Origin: Raillietiella orientalis
Lineage: Eukaryota
Assembly: GCA_036172245.1 (NCBI GenBank)
Contig: JAYWIR010000007.1
Location: 124,001-188,000 of the forward strand
Direction of reading: 5' to 3'
DNA length: 64,000 bases
Both the position numbers and the translations under genes were made by a program. Positions 49,765 through 61,519 of the stretch are shown here, in pieces; position 1 is the first letter of the stretch; each line of letters begins with the position of its first letter. Below the pieces are notes generated by a model that saw nothing but the letters and a program-made list of their open reading frames with translations, did not search any database and was not told the origin of the DNA.

Positions 49765-51849
49765 AAGCATTCGATTGCGTCGACCAGAATCTCCTGCTGG
49801 AGCTTCTGGAACGCTTGGGCTTCCCGGCCTCATTAGTGGCCTATCTGCGCTCCAGCTGGCGCGCCGCGCTCATCAACGTTTCTTTCAGCGGGCAGACCGT
49901 GCACGGCGTGCCGGTGCGGCGTGGGATACAGCCTGGGCCCCTTGCTCTTCAGTACCTACTTTGAGTTGGTACTGAGAGCGTACAGGGAAACTCTGGCGCA
50001 CCTGCCGCACGACTGCGCCGGTACGCCTGCGGTTTCAGCGTACGCGGAGGACCTTCTGCTGCTGCTTCCTATGTCCACCCCGGCTTCGGCGGTCGAGGAG
50101 TTCTTCGACCTGCTGAATCGGGGAACCGGACTTACGGTGAACAGGGCGAAGTCGTCCATGATGCCAGTTGGTGAGACGTGGGCAGGGCAGCAGGACTGGG
50201 TCCGTTTGGGGATCCCCATGGTGAGGTTCTTCAAGTACCTTGGTGTGCCGTTGGGGGACTACTCCCCTGCGGAAGCGTGGTCCTGCTGCCTCCAAAAAGT
50301 AGAGACGGCGATCGGCCCGTTCCGAGGCGGCAGCTTTTTCCTGCCTGAACGGGCCGCGCTTTGGAACACGTTCGCGGCTCCTCTCCCCCGCCTCTTGCTT
50401 TTTGTTCGCCCCCCCCACAGAGAGGATCAAAAAGCGGACGAAGGACCTCCTTCGTATCGCACTTTGGGGCAACGGGAGGGCCCGAGTCTGCTTAAAGGAC
50501 TTGTGCGATCCGCGTCGGGACGGTGGTCTGGGCCTCCTGACGCTGGAGCGGCTGGAGCTTCAGCTCCAGTTCCGTTTAATGGCCATTGTGCCGGAGTTGT
50601 GGTGCACCTGCTGGTGCGTCCCTGCACGTCTTCTACTTCAGCAAGCCACCGGAAAGACGGGACTCACGTCATATCTTGCACTCCGACGCCGTGTCAACAG
50701 ATGCGGACTTCAGCTACGGAGGGTGGCTGCGCTGACACGGAGAAACCATGGATTGATCACCTGTCGCCCCGCGAACGGTAGTGCCTGGTTGCAGGAAGCC
50801 GTTCGCACGTGGGGACAGTGCGGCATGCAACGTTTCCGACAGGAACGACGGTTCCTGTTTGGGAGTTACAGAAGTTGCACGCTCCGTGAGATCCTGGAGG
50901 ATCCAAAGAAGAGAGCGTGGGCAGGAAGAACCCCTCTCGCTGCTGCGCTGCCCTCCCTGATGGAAGATCTGGACAGTGATGTTGCGGCGAAGTGGGAGGT
51001 TACAGTGACAATCTCCGGCAAGGAGAAGCTAGGAGAGTGGAAGACGGGTCAGCTGACTGACGCTGCCACCCCGAGTACGCGTCCCCATGGACTTCTGCGC
51101 TGGGGCACGCTGCTCGACGTTTCCATTGAACGTCTGAAGTGGCCCCCGGTACTTATGAACACCTCCACCCTCCCCTTAGAATGGCAGGAGTCGGCTCTCC
51201 TGTTGCAGCACTGGGGACTCCCCTGCAACGCCCGCCGACACCACTGGACCTGGGGAGCGGTGGACCCCAATTGGGTTAGGTGTGGGGAACGGGAGTCCCT
51301 CCCCCACCTGCTTGTGGATTGTGTTGCCTTTCGGTCCCTTTGGTTCCGCTTTGCCGCGGCCATCGGAATCCCCTGCGGCAACCCCAGGGACTCTGTGAAA
51401 GCCCTCTTCGTTGCCGACGCCCTCCGGCCAGCGGCCTCGTTAGCAGCCTTGTGCTGCCTTCGCGGGAGCGTCGCCGCCTGGAGCAAGGCTACGGGAGGAC
51501 CACGCGACCAAGGTGCCATCCAAGGCGCCTTCCAATTTTTAAGGAGGGAGTCGCGATGGCCCCACCTGGATCCAGGAATGCAGAAAGAGCTTGCCGGCAT
51601 CCTGCGATGAATGCAACGGCCCCACCAGCAACTGTGATCCCTTCCCGTACCCTTCCACTTTTTTCTTTTTTTTTTTTTTTTTTTTTTTTCCCCTTTCCCT
51701 CTGCTGCCGTGGTGGACCGCACCGGTCTGCGAACCGGTGACCCGGCAGGCTCTGTGTTTCTTCGTGCGTGGCTGTAGCATTGGTCCAGCCACTGCACGTC
51801 TTTGTAAATATTTATTTTTCAATAAACGCCCCGGCGAAATCCGGGTGAA
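49765..51849 (+). mobile_element. Family B LINE 3' half (RT C-terminal part, zinc-finger tail, 3' UTR), inverted
   Basis: Begins AFDCVDQNLLLELLERLGFP, then LGPLLF, YAED (degenerate YADD), KYLGVPLG, RCGERESLPHLLVDC, stop at 51610, T-rich UTR, AATAAA plus hairpin. Confidence 0.9.
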
Positions 51850-54297
51850 AATCGAATGCTTTATGCAAATCTACGGCGACTGCCAAGGCTCCCGGCCTTT
51901 CTCCCGTCCGTCCGCACTGGAGCTCGCAGTCGGCAGAAGGTCTTGCCGCTGTTCGCCTGTCCGAGCAACGCGCTCTTGAAGCTGCCACCAGGTGCGGGCG
52001 AAAAGGAGGTTCGCATCCATGGACCTACCCGGCAGAGAGTAAGACTGCTCCGGGCTTACCACGGACTCCGCGACTTTCCCTGAACGCGTGACCCACAGCT
52101 TCGAAAACAACTTGAAGTCCGTATTCACTAACGTGATCGGACGCCAGTTGTTGAGTTGGCGCAGATCTTCTCCTTTCGAAAGGAGACGCACCCTCGCTGA
52201 GCGGAAGGAGGAAGGGACAACGCCCGTCACCCTCATCAGAGTCGAGAGGCTGAGCACCAGGGGGGCGAGTTCCGCCGCGAAGCTCTGATAGAACTACGCG
52301 GGCAGTTCGTCCTCACCTGGCGTCACCTTCCGTCTCTGGAGTCCTGCGATGGCGGAAGAAACTTCCTCCAACGTGAAGGGCTCGTCGAGACGAGCGCGTT
52401 TCTCCTCGCCGATGCCGTGTGCACCCCGCGGCAGAAGCAGTTCCGAGAGGACTCTCTCCGTCGGGGACTTGGCGTAGAGCAAGGAGAAGTGACGTCTTAG
52501 TGCTGGCCGTGCGTCGGCAGGAGCCGTGCATTCCCGGCCTTGGTCGTCGAGCAGAATAGCCGCTCCAGACTGCCAGACCTGGAGCTCGGCCCTCGCCTTG
52601 TACTCTGCGAGGTGCCGGACTTCCGCACGTCTAGAGAAGGCGCGCGCCTGCAAAAATTCTCTGCTATTGGCCACGCCTTCCCCGAAGCCGCGCGGTAGCA
52701 GGTGCCATGGGAACCGGTTGCAAAACTCGCGAACCGCGAACTTTTAAGATGGTCCCAGTCTGCGAGCTGCCGGATGGCAAAGCTGCGAAGGAACTGGCGA
52801 AGATGCTCCGCCGCCTCCGTGTGACTGAGCTAATCCGCCGGCATCCTCCAAACATTGTTCGGAGGTCCCTTGCCCGGCGGGAGTAGCTCGAACTCCAGCC
52901 TATCATGGTCCCATAACGTGGACGGCGCCCTCCCTCTCCTTCCCACTCGTGAGAGTAGGTGTTCATCGAGGTAGACGTGAACCACGCACCTTTCCAGTCC
53001 AGTTTCGCCGGCTTCCAAGTTACGCGCGTGCACCGACGCGCATGCCTCTTCCACCCTTGAACGTTCCTGCAGGGACCTCGTCTCGTTGGAAATCAGGTGG
53101 ACGTTGAAGTCCCCTGCGACGAGATGTGCCACTCTGGCTCCGGAGTTCCTGAGCCATTGGCTCTCCAGCACGTCGTCTCGGCACGCCGATAATAGCCGCT
53201 CGGCGCGTAAACGTTCGTCACGAAGAGGTTGATTGAATCTGACCACTTGAGTACAAGTTGGCCCATTCGCCCTTCCTAGGCGAATCGAACGGTGCGCACC
53301 GCTCCCGCCATCCTACTATTTACGAGAAACCCGACTCCGCACGATTGTGCAGAACCTTCTCGCCAGTACAGGGTGCCACCCGCGCGCTGTTCGATTTCGG
53401 CAACCTCCGCATCATCTCCTGCAGGATCGCCAATTCGAAATGCTGCAGAGTGTCCGCCACTCCGCGCCTCTTCCCGTCCCTGTGCAGCCCGTAGACGTTC
53501 CAACAGGTTACGATGAATCGACGAAAAGACGACTTCCTGCATTAAGGCTGGGGAGGTGAGCATGGGTTTCTCGCCTTGTCCGGCGATAGGTCACGAGACA
53601 GAACGGCAGGTCTTGGACACTGGACATCTCCTTTCGAAGCCGCACCGCTTGTTGCCGGTAGCTCAGAGGTGAGGTCCATCCCCTCCTCTTTGCTCCCCGG
53701 CAACAGTTCCTCCTCGGCAACCACGCGCTTGCGGGTCTTCGGGAGGCGATTGCGCGGTTTCGAGTGGGTGTCGCACTGTGCGCTCATTCTGTCGGACTCT
53801 GGATCGAAATCCGACAGTCGAGCGATTGCCAGGCGCTTCTTCTGTTTCCCGGAATAGAAAAAATCTCTCGCAGCCTGTTTCTCAGCGTTTTCTGCTACTC
53901 CGGCTGAGATTTTCGTCCTTTTAGCCGCGGCAGCAGCTTCCCGCTCCATCCGCGAGAGGACGACTGCGCAGGAGGAAAGGATCGCAATCTTTTTTGGGAA
54001 GATTTCGCGGGTTTCTTTCGCCCACTCACGTTCACACGGAGCTGCGAGGACCTTGACGGTTTCTTTTTAATTATCTTTCTCACCTGCATCCAGCCGTCTT
54101 CCTTCGCGTCGCAGTTATCTTTGCCATCCTGAGATGGCGCTGCGCTCGCGGATGTAAGAGGCGTTGCCTTGGCTTCCTCTTGGAGTGCTGCCTCCGCGCA
54201 GGTGTAAGCGAGAGCGATAGCGAGAGGCGCTGCCTCTTCCTCATCGGAGGATTCGCGCGTTGCCTTTGCGACCGTTAGGGGCGCTGCTCTAGCGATT
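51850..54297 (-). mobile_element. L1/Tx1-like LINE (family B), 5' half: ORF1 tail, APE, RT N-terminal part
   Basis: AGDFNVH, DHDRL, LDEPFTLEEV..PGEDELP, WRPITLVNTDFKLFSK; ends at AVAVDLHKAFD. Confidence 0.88.
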
Positions 54298-57200
54298 GTG
54301 CTGTGGAATAGAAGCGCCATATCCTATATATGGAAAGGCGGGGGAGAAGCCCAACAGTTCGCCTCAAGGGTGCGAGGACAGGGTCAGGCGGTACAGCAGA
54401 AAGAAGGAGTGCCACCAGAATCGAATACGACAAGAGTAACGACATCCTATGCTGCGGTAACGGAGGACACCAGTATCCAACAAAACCGTGTCTTCGGTAA
54501 GCCAGATGCAGGAAAAATCGAAAATAGGGACGAGCCAGTTATAGAAACGAGTCCAGACGTGAAACCTATCGACGTTTAAAACGGGACTTATTCGTATAAA
54601 TAATACAAAAGAGGTCTACTTAGCCCTTTTTAAGGCTAACGTAGATTTTGATAGAGTGCAAGCGATCATCTCTAGCACGACAGGTTTCACTATCTATAAG
54701 GATAGCGAGACCCTAACAGAAGAGTTGATCGAACAAGGAATCAACATTCAAGGAAGATGGGTGCGAGGCATAGGAGAAATGCCATACACCACAGTGTACC
54801 TAGGAGGAGTGTGTTTAACCACCAACAAGCAAGCCATTTGGAACTTTTTATCCAAATATTGCGAAGTCATAGACGTGGAATTCAGGAACCAATCTGGAAA
54901 GGTGTTTTCAGGAGACATGAGGGCGGAAGTAAAGTTGTCAGAGGGGGCGCAGATTCCAGGTTTGGCGTACACTGATAGCGACTCCCTGGAAGTCTACGTC
55001 CGATATAGGCAGCAGCCTATTTTCTGCAAGGGGTGCAAGTACTTCGGCCATAGGGTCAGTACTTGTCCACGATCCAGATGTTTCCGATGTGGAAACATAG
55101 GGCATCAGGTTGGATCGTGCCAGATGCCGGCGGTGTGCGCCTTTTGCAAGCCTCCGGGCCACGCAAAGTGGAACCGCCCAGGGTTCGCAGATTAGCGAAC
55201 TATGAGGGAGTTTTCCCCCGTAAGGGAAAGGGTTGAAGAAAAAAAAAAGGCAGTTGCGGATAAGGCGAGGAAGAGGGGCGTAGTTTTGTAGAAGTAATGA
55301 GGAAAGGGAGAAAGAGAATACTCCCGAGGGAACAGGAAGTTCCTGGAGAGAAGGAGGAAGTAAAGGAAGTAGCAGAAGAAAGCGATATGGTGGATAAAGA
55401 AGATAATGAGAGCGTAGAAATAGAAAGTGTCACGATAACGGAGGAAACCCTACAGGTTACCGAAGATCTGGAAAAATCAGCGGAAGATGTTCAACAAGGA
55501 AAAATTGAAGAAAAGAAAGAGCAGGAACGATTACTCCGACGATTTTGCGAACTTCAAGACGACATTAACAGAGCGGCGGAGACAACCCACCGCGAGAAGC
55601 TGGAAAACAAGCTTCTCAAAGTAAAAGCAGAATACTGTGCCAAAGTGAGTCTGGAGAAACTTCCGGACAGTGGCAATGAGAAGTCGTAACGGAAAAGGGG
55701 ACAGAAACCACCGACCTCACAGGCACAGAAAGCGATGCGGGAAGTGGAAAGCCTGAGGCCGTCGGGAAAAAGAAGGTTTCGCCGCGGCAGAAAAAGACCA
55801 GAAAGATAAGAAGACAATAATAAAACTACAATATATGACCTCCTTCCTATCAAATTGCCGGAGAATTAACATCACTTCATGGAATATCGGCGGACTATCA
55901 GATCAAGGAAGAAGGAAGAGGATCATGCGGAAAATTGTCAAACAAGACATCATATGTCTGCAAGAAACCCACCAGATGGGACAGCAAATTACCCTTGAGC
56001 TAGAACGATCATCGAATGGGCAAATATCTGTTAGTGAAGGACAGGAGAAAACCATGGGAGTGGCGATTTTCATTAAGAACGAATTCGCCCACACCATTTT
56101 ATAAACCTTCTGCCCAATGCCAGGACGAATTATCGAAGTGCGGCTAGCCTGGTCCGCAGACGTTCATCTGTATTTGGTGAACGTATACGGACCACACGAA
56201 TTAAAACGTCACAGCGTGCGGACACCTTGCACGAAGCACTCCGCGAACGAGCCACAGCAAAAGACATAATCAGTATCACGGGAGATCTGAATATCCTGAA
56301 GGAAAACACTCACCCCCAAGAGGGTAGAGGAAGAAGAGCGTATCAGCGTCTGTCCGATGAGTTCGGACTTCGGTGGAGAACAGCTGGCCACAAGCCGATC
56401 GACCATACTTTGTATAGCACAGAGATGGAAAACCGTATACAAGGTTTTCGAGACATGCAAACTTTGCTGTCCGACCATCCACTGATACGATTCGCTCTAC
56501 GGACCGAAGATCCTCGGAGAGGCAAGGAAACCAGGCCGGCACCGATATGTATGCCGACCTGGCTCGGAACGCTTCCCTGTCACCAAGAGGTCATCGAGGC
56601 GATACTGCGAGATGCAGCTATCCGCAGAGTCGCCGACTGAGACAGCCTAAAACATAGGGTCCACCTATTTAGCAACATGCAATTCGGAGACAAAAGGTTG
56701 AGGCAAGAAGCGTACCGTGAGCTAAATATCCAAGACCTCCCACTCTGAAAATATTGCGAACAATACGAGAAAGGGAAGTGTTCCGAAACACAAGAGGAGA
56801 GATAGGTATTCAAGAAGAGCAAAATCTAGCGACAGACATTTTCAGTACACAATATGGATGCGCCCGAAATACAACGGAAGATATCGTGGATGCCTTTCAG
56901 AAGCATTACACGGAACACTTTCGACGACAGCACATAAGTGAAGCAAACAAAAGCATGTTCCTAAAATAAATCGGAAAAAAGACGGACGAAATCCATTGGA
57001 AGAGGCTGGAGGAGGACTTCACAGAACACGAAGTGAAAACTGCGTTCCAAGAACTACGCAAGGGTGTGGCAGCAGGCCCTGATAGTGTTCCCATCACGCA
57101 CTACCAGCGGTACCTGCACGCCTGCCAGCGCTTATTCCACCAGCTGACAGTACGCATTCGAGAAGAAGGACAATTACCAGAATCCTTCCACGAGAGCAGG

Positions 57201-59362
57201 GTGAGATTACTGCCAAAAGGAGGCGACCTAACGCAGGTCGCTCAATGGAGGCCAATCCCAATCCTAAACTCTGATGCGAAATGGTTGGCAAAAATGTGGG
57301 CCAACCGCTTAGGCAAAGTTATGCCAAAACTCATTTCCCCGGTCCAGAAGATGTGCGGCCCCGGACGCCGCATGTCGGACAGTGTTAAGTGTGCCCAGGC
57401 CATCGTGGGACCAAGTCGACATATCGGCGAGAACCTGATGTTAGTGTTCACCGACATGGAGAAAGCCTTTGATACTATCGACCATGAGATGCTGCTGAAA
57501 ATTCTGGAAAAACTGGGTCTTCCGGAATACTTCGGCAACTTCGTGAAGATGCTACTTCAGAAGCAATTTTTCCGGATCGAAATTAATGGAGGAAAAACGG
57601 CAGCCATACGGATGGAACGGAGAGTCCGCCAGGGCGACTCGCAAAGTCCAATGCTGTTCGTAATTAATATGGAGGCTCTATCGTCCTTCATCGAAAAAAG
57701 CGGATATCTCCGAGGAATCACCATCGATGGCCAGAAGCTCACCCATCTGGCGTACGCGGACGATCTCCTCTTCCTCATCAAGGAAGAACGAGACCAATAT
57801 GCGTTCCTGCATGTGGTGGAGATGTTGGAAAAGGGGTTGGCCTTGAAGATCAACGCCCAGAAAAGCCAACTTTTGCCGATAGGAATCGTTGATCTATCCA
57901 TCCTCACCGGAAGAGGATTGCGAATAGTCGATAATGCCACATATTTAAGAGTCCACATCGGCGACGAGTCGGCGTCGAAATTACTGTGGACACAAATTCT
58001 AGGAAAGACAGCAAATGAAGCAGTAAAATATAGCACAGTGGACTTTAACGTGAAGAAGACTTGCAAATCTTTGGAACGGAGTACTCCTTCCCGAGATACT
58101 CCTTGGAACCGCCTTTGCCAGAACAAACCAAGATACCATAAAGGAAGTTGAAAAACTGCAACGCGAGACACTATGGGGAATATATCGCCCAAGAGTGAGA
58201 TTAAAACCCTCGTGTCTCCCTAAAGAGGAGGGTGGTTCCGGGATGAAGTTGCTGCCACATTCCATAGAAGTTATGGACACGCGACACACCCTGGACATCG
58301 CTTCCCACTGGAATGACTGGCCCTCTGCAGCTCATAGGGCCTACTCAATGTTACTAAATAACTCGAAAGGCCTGATGACTGCCCTGTTAGGCCGAGTAGG
58401 AGAATGGATCAGCATAGATCCCACTTGGAAGAGGAAACAACGATTGGTGCAAAAGCACCAACTGAAGATCGTTCCTAGAAGGAAGGATCTCTGGCAAGCA
58501 GAATCCATCTTGGTGATTCCTTGGATGCTTCAGGTGCCCTCGGACACCAGAAGCTGGATATACCAGAGGCCCAGAGTCATTATACAGCGAATTCAAGAAT
58601 GGAGAAAAGGAGGATACCTACATCACACTCGTATACTTCGGTATATAGAGATGATGTTGGGAAGATTCACCCATAGGACACGTGAAATATGGAAAAACCA
58701 CAGGGATTCCGCCTGGTCCAGAATGAACAAGCAGAACCTCCGAAAAATGATTAAAGAGGAAGACCAAGATACCAGTTCCCTCCAAGAAGCGGCCCATCTC
58801 CAGGGGAGCGACAGGATCAACCCATTTGCAATCCGCACGACTCTGGAGTAGTGGCCTACCGCCGAACACACAGGACAATCTCCTGATGTTCTATCACGGA
58901 GGAATCCTGAGCGGGTCCAGAGTAAAGTACTATACGGGAAGACGTGAAGACGAAGATTGTATGGCATGTGGAGACATTGATACGAGACTACATGTCTTAA
59001 CCTGTCCCACATTAATCCGTGATTGGCTGATCCTAAAAAGGATCGTAGGACGCACAACCAGTTCAGTAATGGAAATACTTGCAGGGATGTTTTAGGGAGA
59101 AGGAAATGTCCCTAACTACAACCCTATGGTAAGGACGACCATTGCTCGTTTCATCACCGCCATACTGGGGCGGTGGTGGAAAATGAAAAACGCTAGGATA
59201 GCTCCTTCTCCGATGGAAATCCTGAAAGGGCTAATATTAAAGAAGATTGGCATCAGGAACTGTGGATGAGTACAGGCCTGGACGTACCGCTATATCCTGA
59301 AGAGGATTAAAGACGACGCCCAGGCAACGAACTCAACCAATGTTCCCTAAAAAGAAAAAAAA
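54298..59362 (+). mobile_element. Near-full-length degenerate L1/Tx1-like non-LTR retrotransposon (family A)
   Basis: ORF1 with CCHC knuckles (CKGCKYFGHRVSTC, CFRCGNIGHQVGSC). ORF2 APE (TSWNIGGL, DIICLQETH, VNVYGP, TGDLN, SDH), RT (WRPIPILNSDAK, DMEKAFD, RQGDSQSP, YADD) and terminal CMAC..H..C. A-rich end 59348-59362. Several stops and frameshifts. Confidence 0.93.
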
Positions 59363-59740
59363 GGGGATCTTCCAAAGAAGCGGACGTCCCCTGTTGGGGG
59401 GTCCCTCCAAGTCGTCGCCTCTTTACAGAGTGTGCACACAAGGAAGCAAGCAAAAAGCGATTCCCTGCGGGAAGCTGCAGGAGTTTGGAGTTTCGGAAGC
59501 GTCCCTTCGGGTTCTCTTCAGAGGAGTGAACAGGAACGGTTCCCTTGAGGGTTCCCTCCGGAGAAATGGAGAGGACCACTCCCCGCAAGGGGGATGACCC
59601 TCCGGAGAGGATGAGGGAGGAGATTCCCTTCGTGGTTCCCCTTCGGAGATAACTAGGGTGGAGGTGCGGTCCCCCCGTCCGGGGGGGATTGCTCCCCCGA
59701 GCGTGAGAGGAACGGACTCTGAGCACCTCCTGGATTCTTT
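59363..59740 (+). repeat. Rep-A 3' fragment
   Basis: TTTCGGAAGCGTCCCTTCGGGTTCTCTTCAGAGGAGTGAACAGGAA..GGTTCCCTTGAG matches 16214-16290. Confidence 0.8.
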
Positions 59741-59799
59741 GTAAATGAATGAGCCATTGTATCGTGACTGAAAAAAAAAAAGAAAGAATAAATAAACTC

Positions 59800-61262
59800 A
59801 CCCCACCCCTTGTGGGAGTAGGGGAAACTGTAGCGGTTGTGCTCGCCCTAGCAGTTTCCTCCGTGGCCGCGGTAGGCGCTGCGTCGGCGCGCGAGGACTG
59901 CGGGTTTGCCGGCTGTTTCGTCGCGGCACTCGGCGCCTGGGGCACCTTGGCCGCGGTTGACTCAGACGGCGCGGAGTTCTTTGCCCGCGGGCGCGTTTTT
60001 CCCGTATCGGGCGAGCGACCTCATTCCTCGCCGCTTGACGAGGCCTTCATACGAGGCTTCTGAGACGTGATGCCGACAGTAGGAGGCTTTTTCGCCTTCG
60101 GCACAATCTCTCCTGCTTTGGGAAACTCTCTGCGAGGTCTCGGGAAATTGTCGCATTCTTTGCGAGCTTCCATCGGCTCGGTAGCCTGAGGCCTCGCCAC
60201 GACGCGTTCTTTTATGTTTTCCTCCCCTTTTTTGTGGAGGGGAGAAATAGTTTTCTGGGCATTCGCGTTCGCGGTTTTCTCAACGCTCTTCGAAGTTTTG
60301 ATGTTTTTTTCCTTCGATTCGCGGCGTTTATTTCGCAATGGGATACATTCGCTTCGTTCCTGCGCTTTCGGTTTTTTAAAAGGAGCTCCGGGCACGTTTC
60401 CTTCGTGTGCCCGGGCTCGTGGCAGTAACGGCAAGCGGCCGAGGGACACTTCGTAATGCGATGGCCCTCCTGCCCGCATTCCGCGCACACACGCGTTTGC
60501 CCCACAAACCACAGGCGGATGCTCATTCCATCCACCTGCAGTCGCGTGGGCATTGCCCGGCGCTCCGCCATCGTCACTCGCACTTGCGAGAGCTCGCTGT
60601 GGTGGTCTTCGAAACCCTCCGAAGGGTTTGGCAACTTCCGAAGCGCGGGGACGGTGGCGAATTTTTCAAGGACCTCCACGACCTGGAGGTCCGAAAGGCC
60701 CTCTCTGACTCCACTCAGCCGGACAACGAACGACTGGTCCGCTGTGATGGGGAGTATTTTCTGCCCACGACTGAGCAGCGGCGTCTGCAGCAAACTCTGC
60801 GTAAGGAGAGCGTCCTTACTGGACACCTCCCAGTAGCCGCACCCACTCATGGGTATGATGGACTCCAGCTGGCCTTTTTTGAACTCCAATCCGTTGGAGT
60901 TCCTGGCCAAACTCGCGCCCAACCCGCTCAGGTATAAGGACACTTACCTTATACCTGAGTGCAGCCGTGTAGCCCTCTGCTACATACTCCTGCAGCTCAG
61001 GGCTGTCGGGCAAAGGTCCCATCGCAGCCGCGAGCGCAGCGACCTGGGCGAATGTCCTCGCCGTCGGCGAGGATAGTGGCTCCTTGCTGGCAGACGTCGC
61101 CGCCATCGCAGCAGCAGGTGCCGTTCCCTTCTTGCGGCTAATGCTCTTCTTTGCTCCCATTGGAGCACAGAAGCAAAGCAGAACAAAAACACACAAAAGT
61201 CAGTCTACCGCGGAGCGACGCAAAATCACGTCCGTACGCGGCCGGCGCTGATGCGGTTTGAA
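59800..61262 (-). mobile_element. LINE 5' UTR and ORF1 (gag-like), frameshifted
   Basis: MGAKKS.. start at 61161; VVRLSGV, RLQVDG..RLWFVGQTRVCAECGQEGHRITKC and CRYCHEPGHTKETC knuckles. Confidence 0.85.
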
Positions 61263-61480
61263 CCCGGTTGCGCCGGGACGTTTATTCGTGAAAACAAACC
61301 ACAATCTTGAAGGGAAATTCATTCCTTCAAGACACAAGAAACGCCCATACAAAAAGTTCAGCCTGGAAGGACCACCGGCACGCAGGTCGGCTTCAAAAAG
61401 CAGGGAACTGAGGGAGAGGAGTACAAAATAAACCAAAAAAAATCAGAACAAACAAAAAAAACAGGGGAGGGTGGGGTCAG
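61263..61480 (-). mobile_element. Family B LINE 3' UTR fragment
   Basis: The minus strand reads a T-rich tract, then GCCGACCTGCGTGCCGGT, then AATAAACGTCCCGGCGCAACCGGG, as at 51821 and 63288. Confidence 0.75.
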
Positions 61481-61519
61481 GGATCTTTAATATCTAACGT
61501 TCCTCATCTTTTTAGAAGC

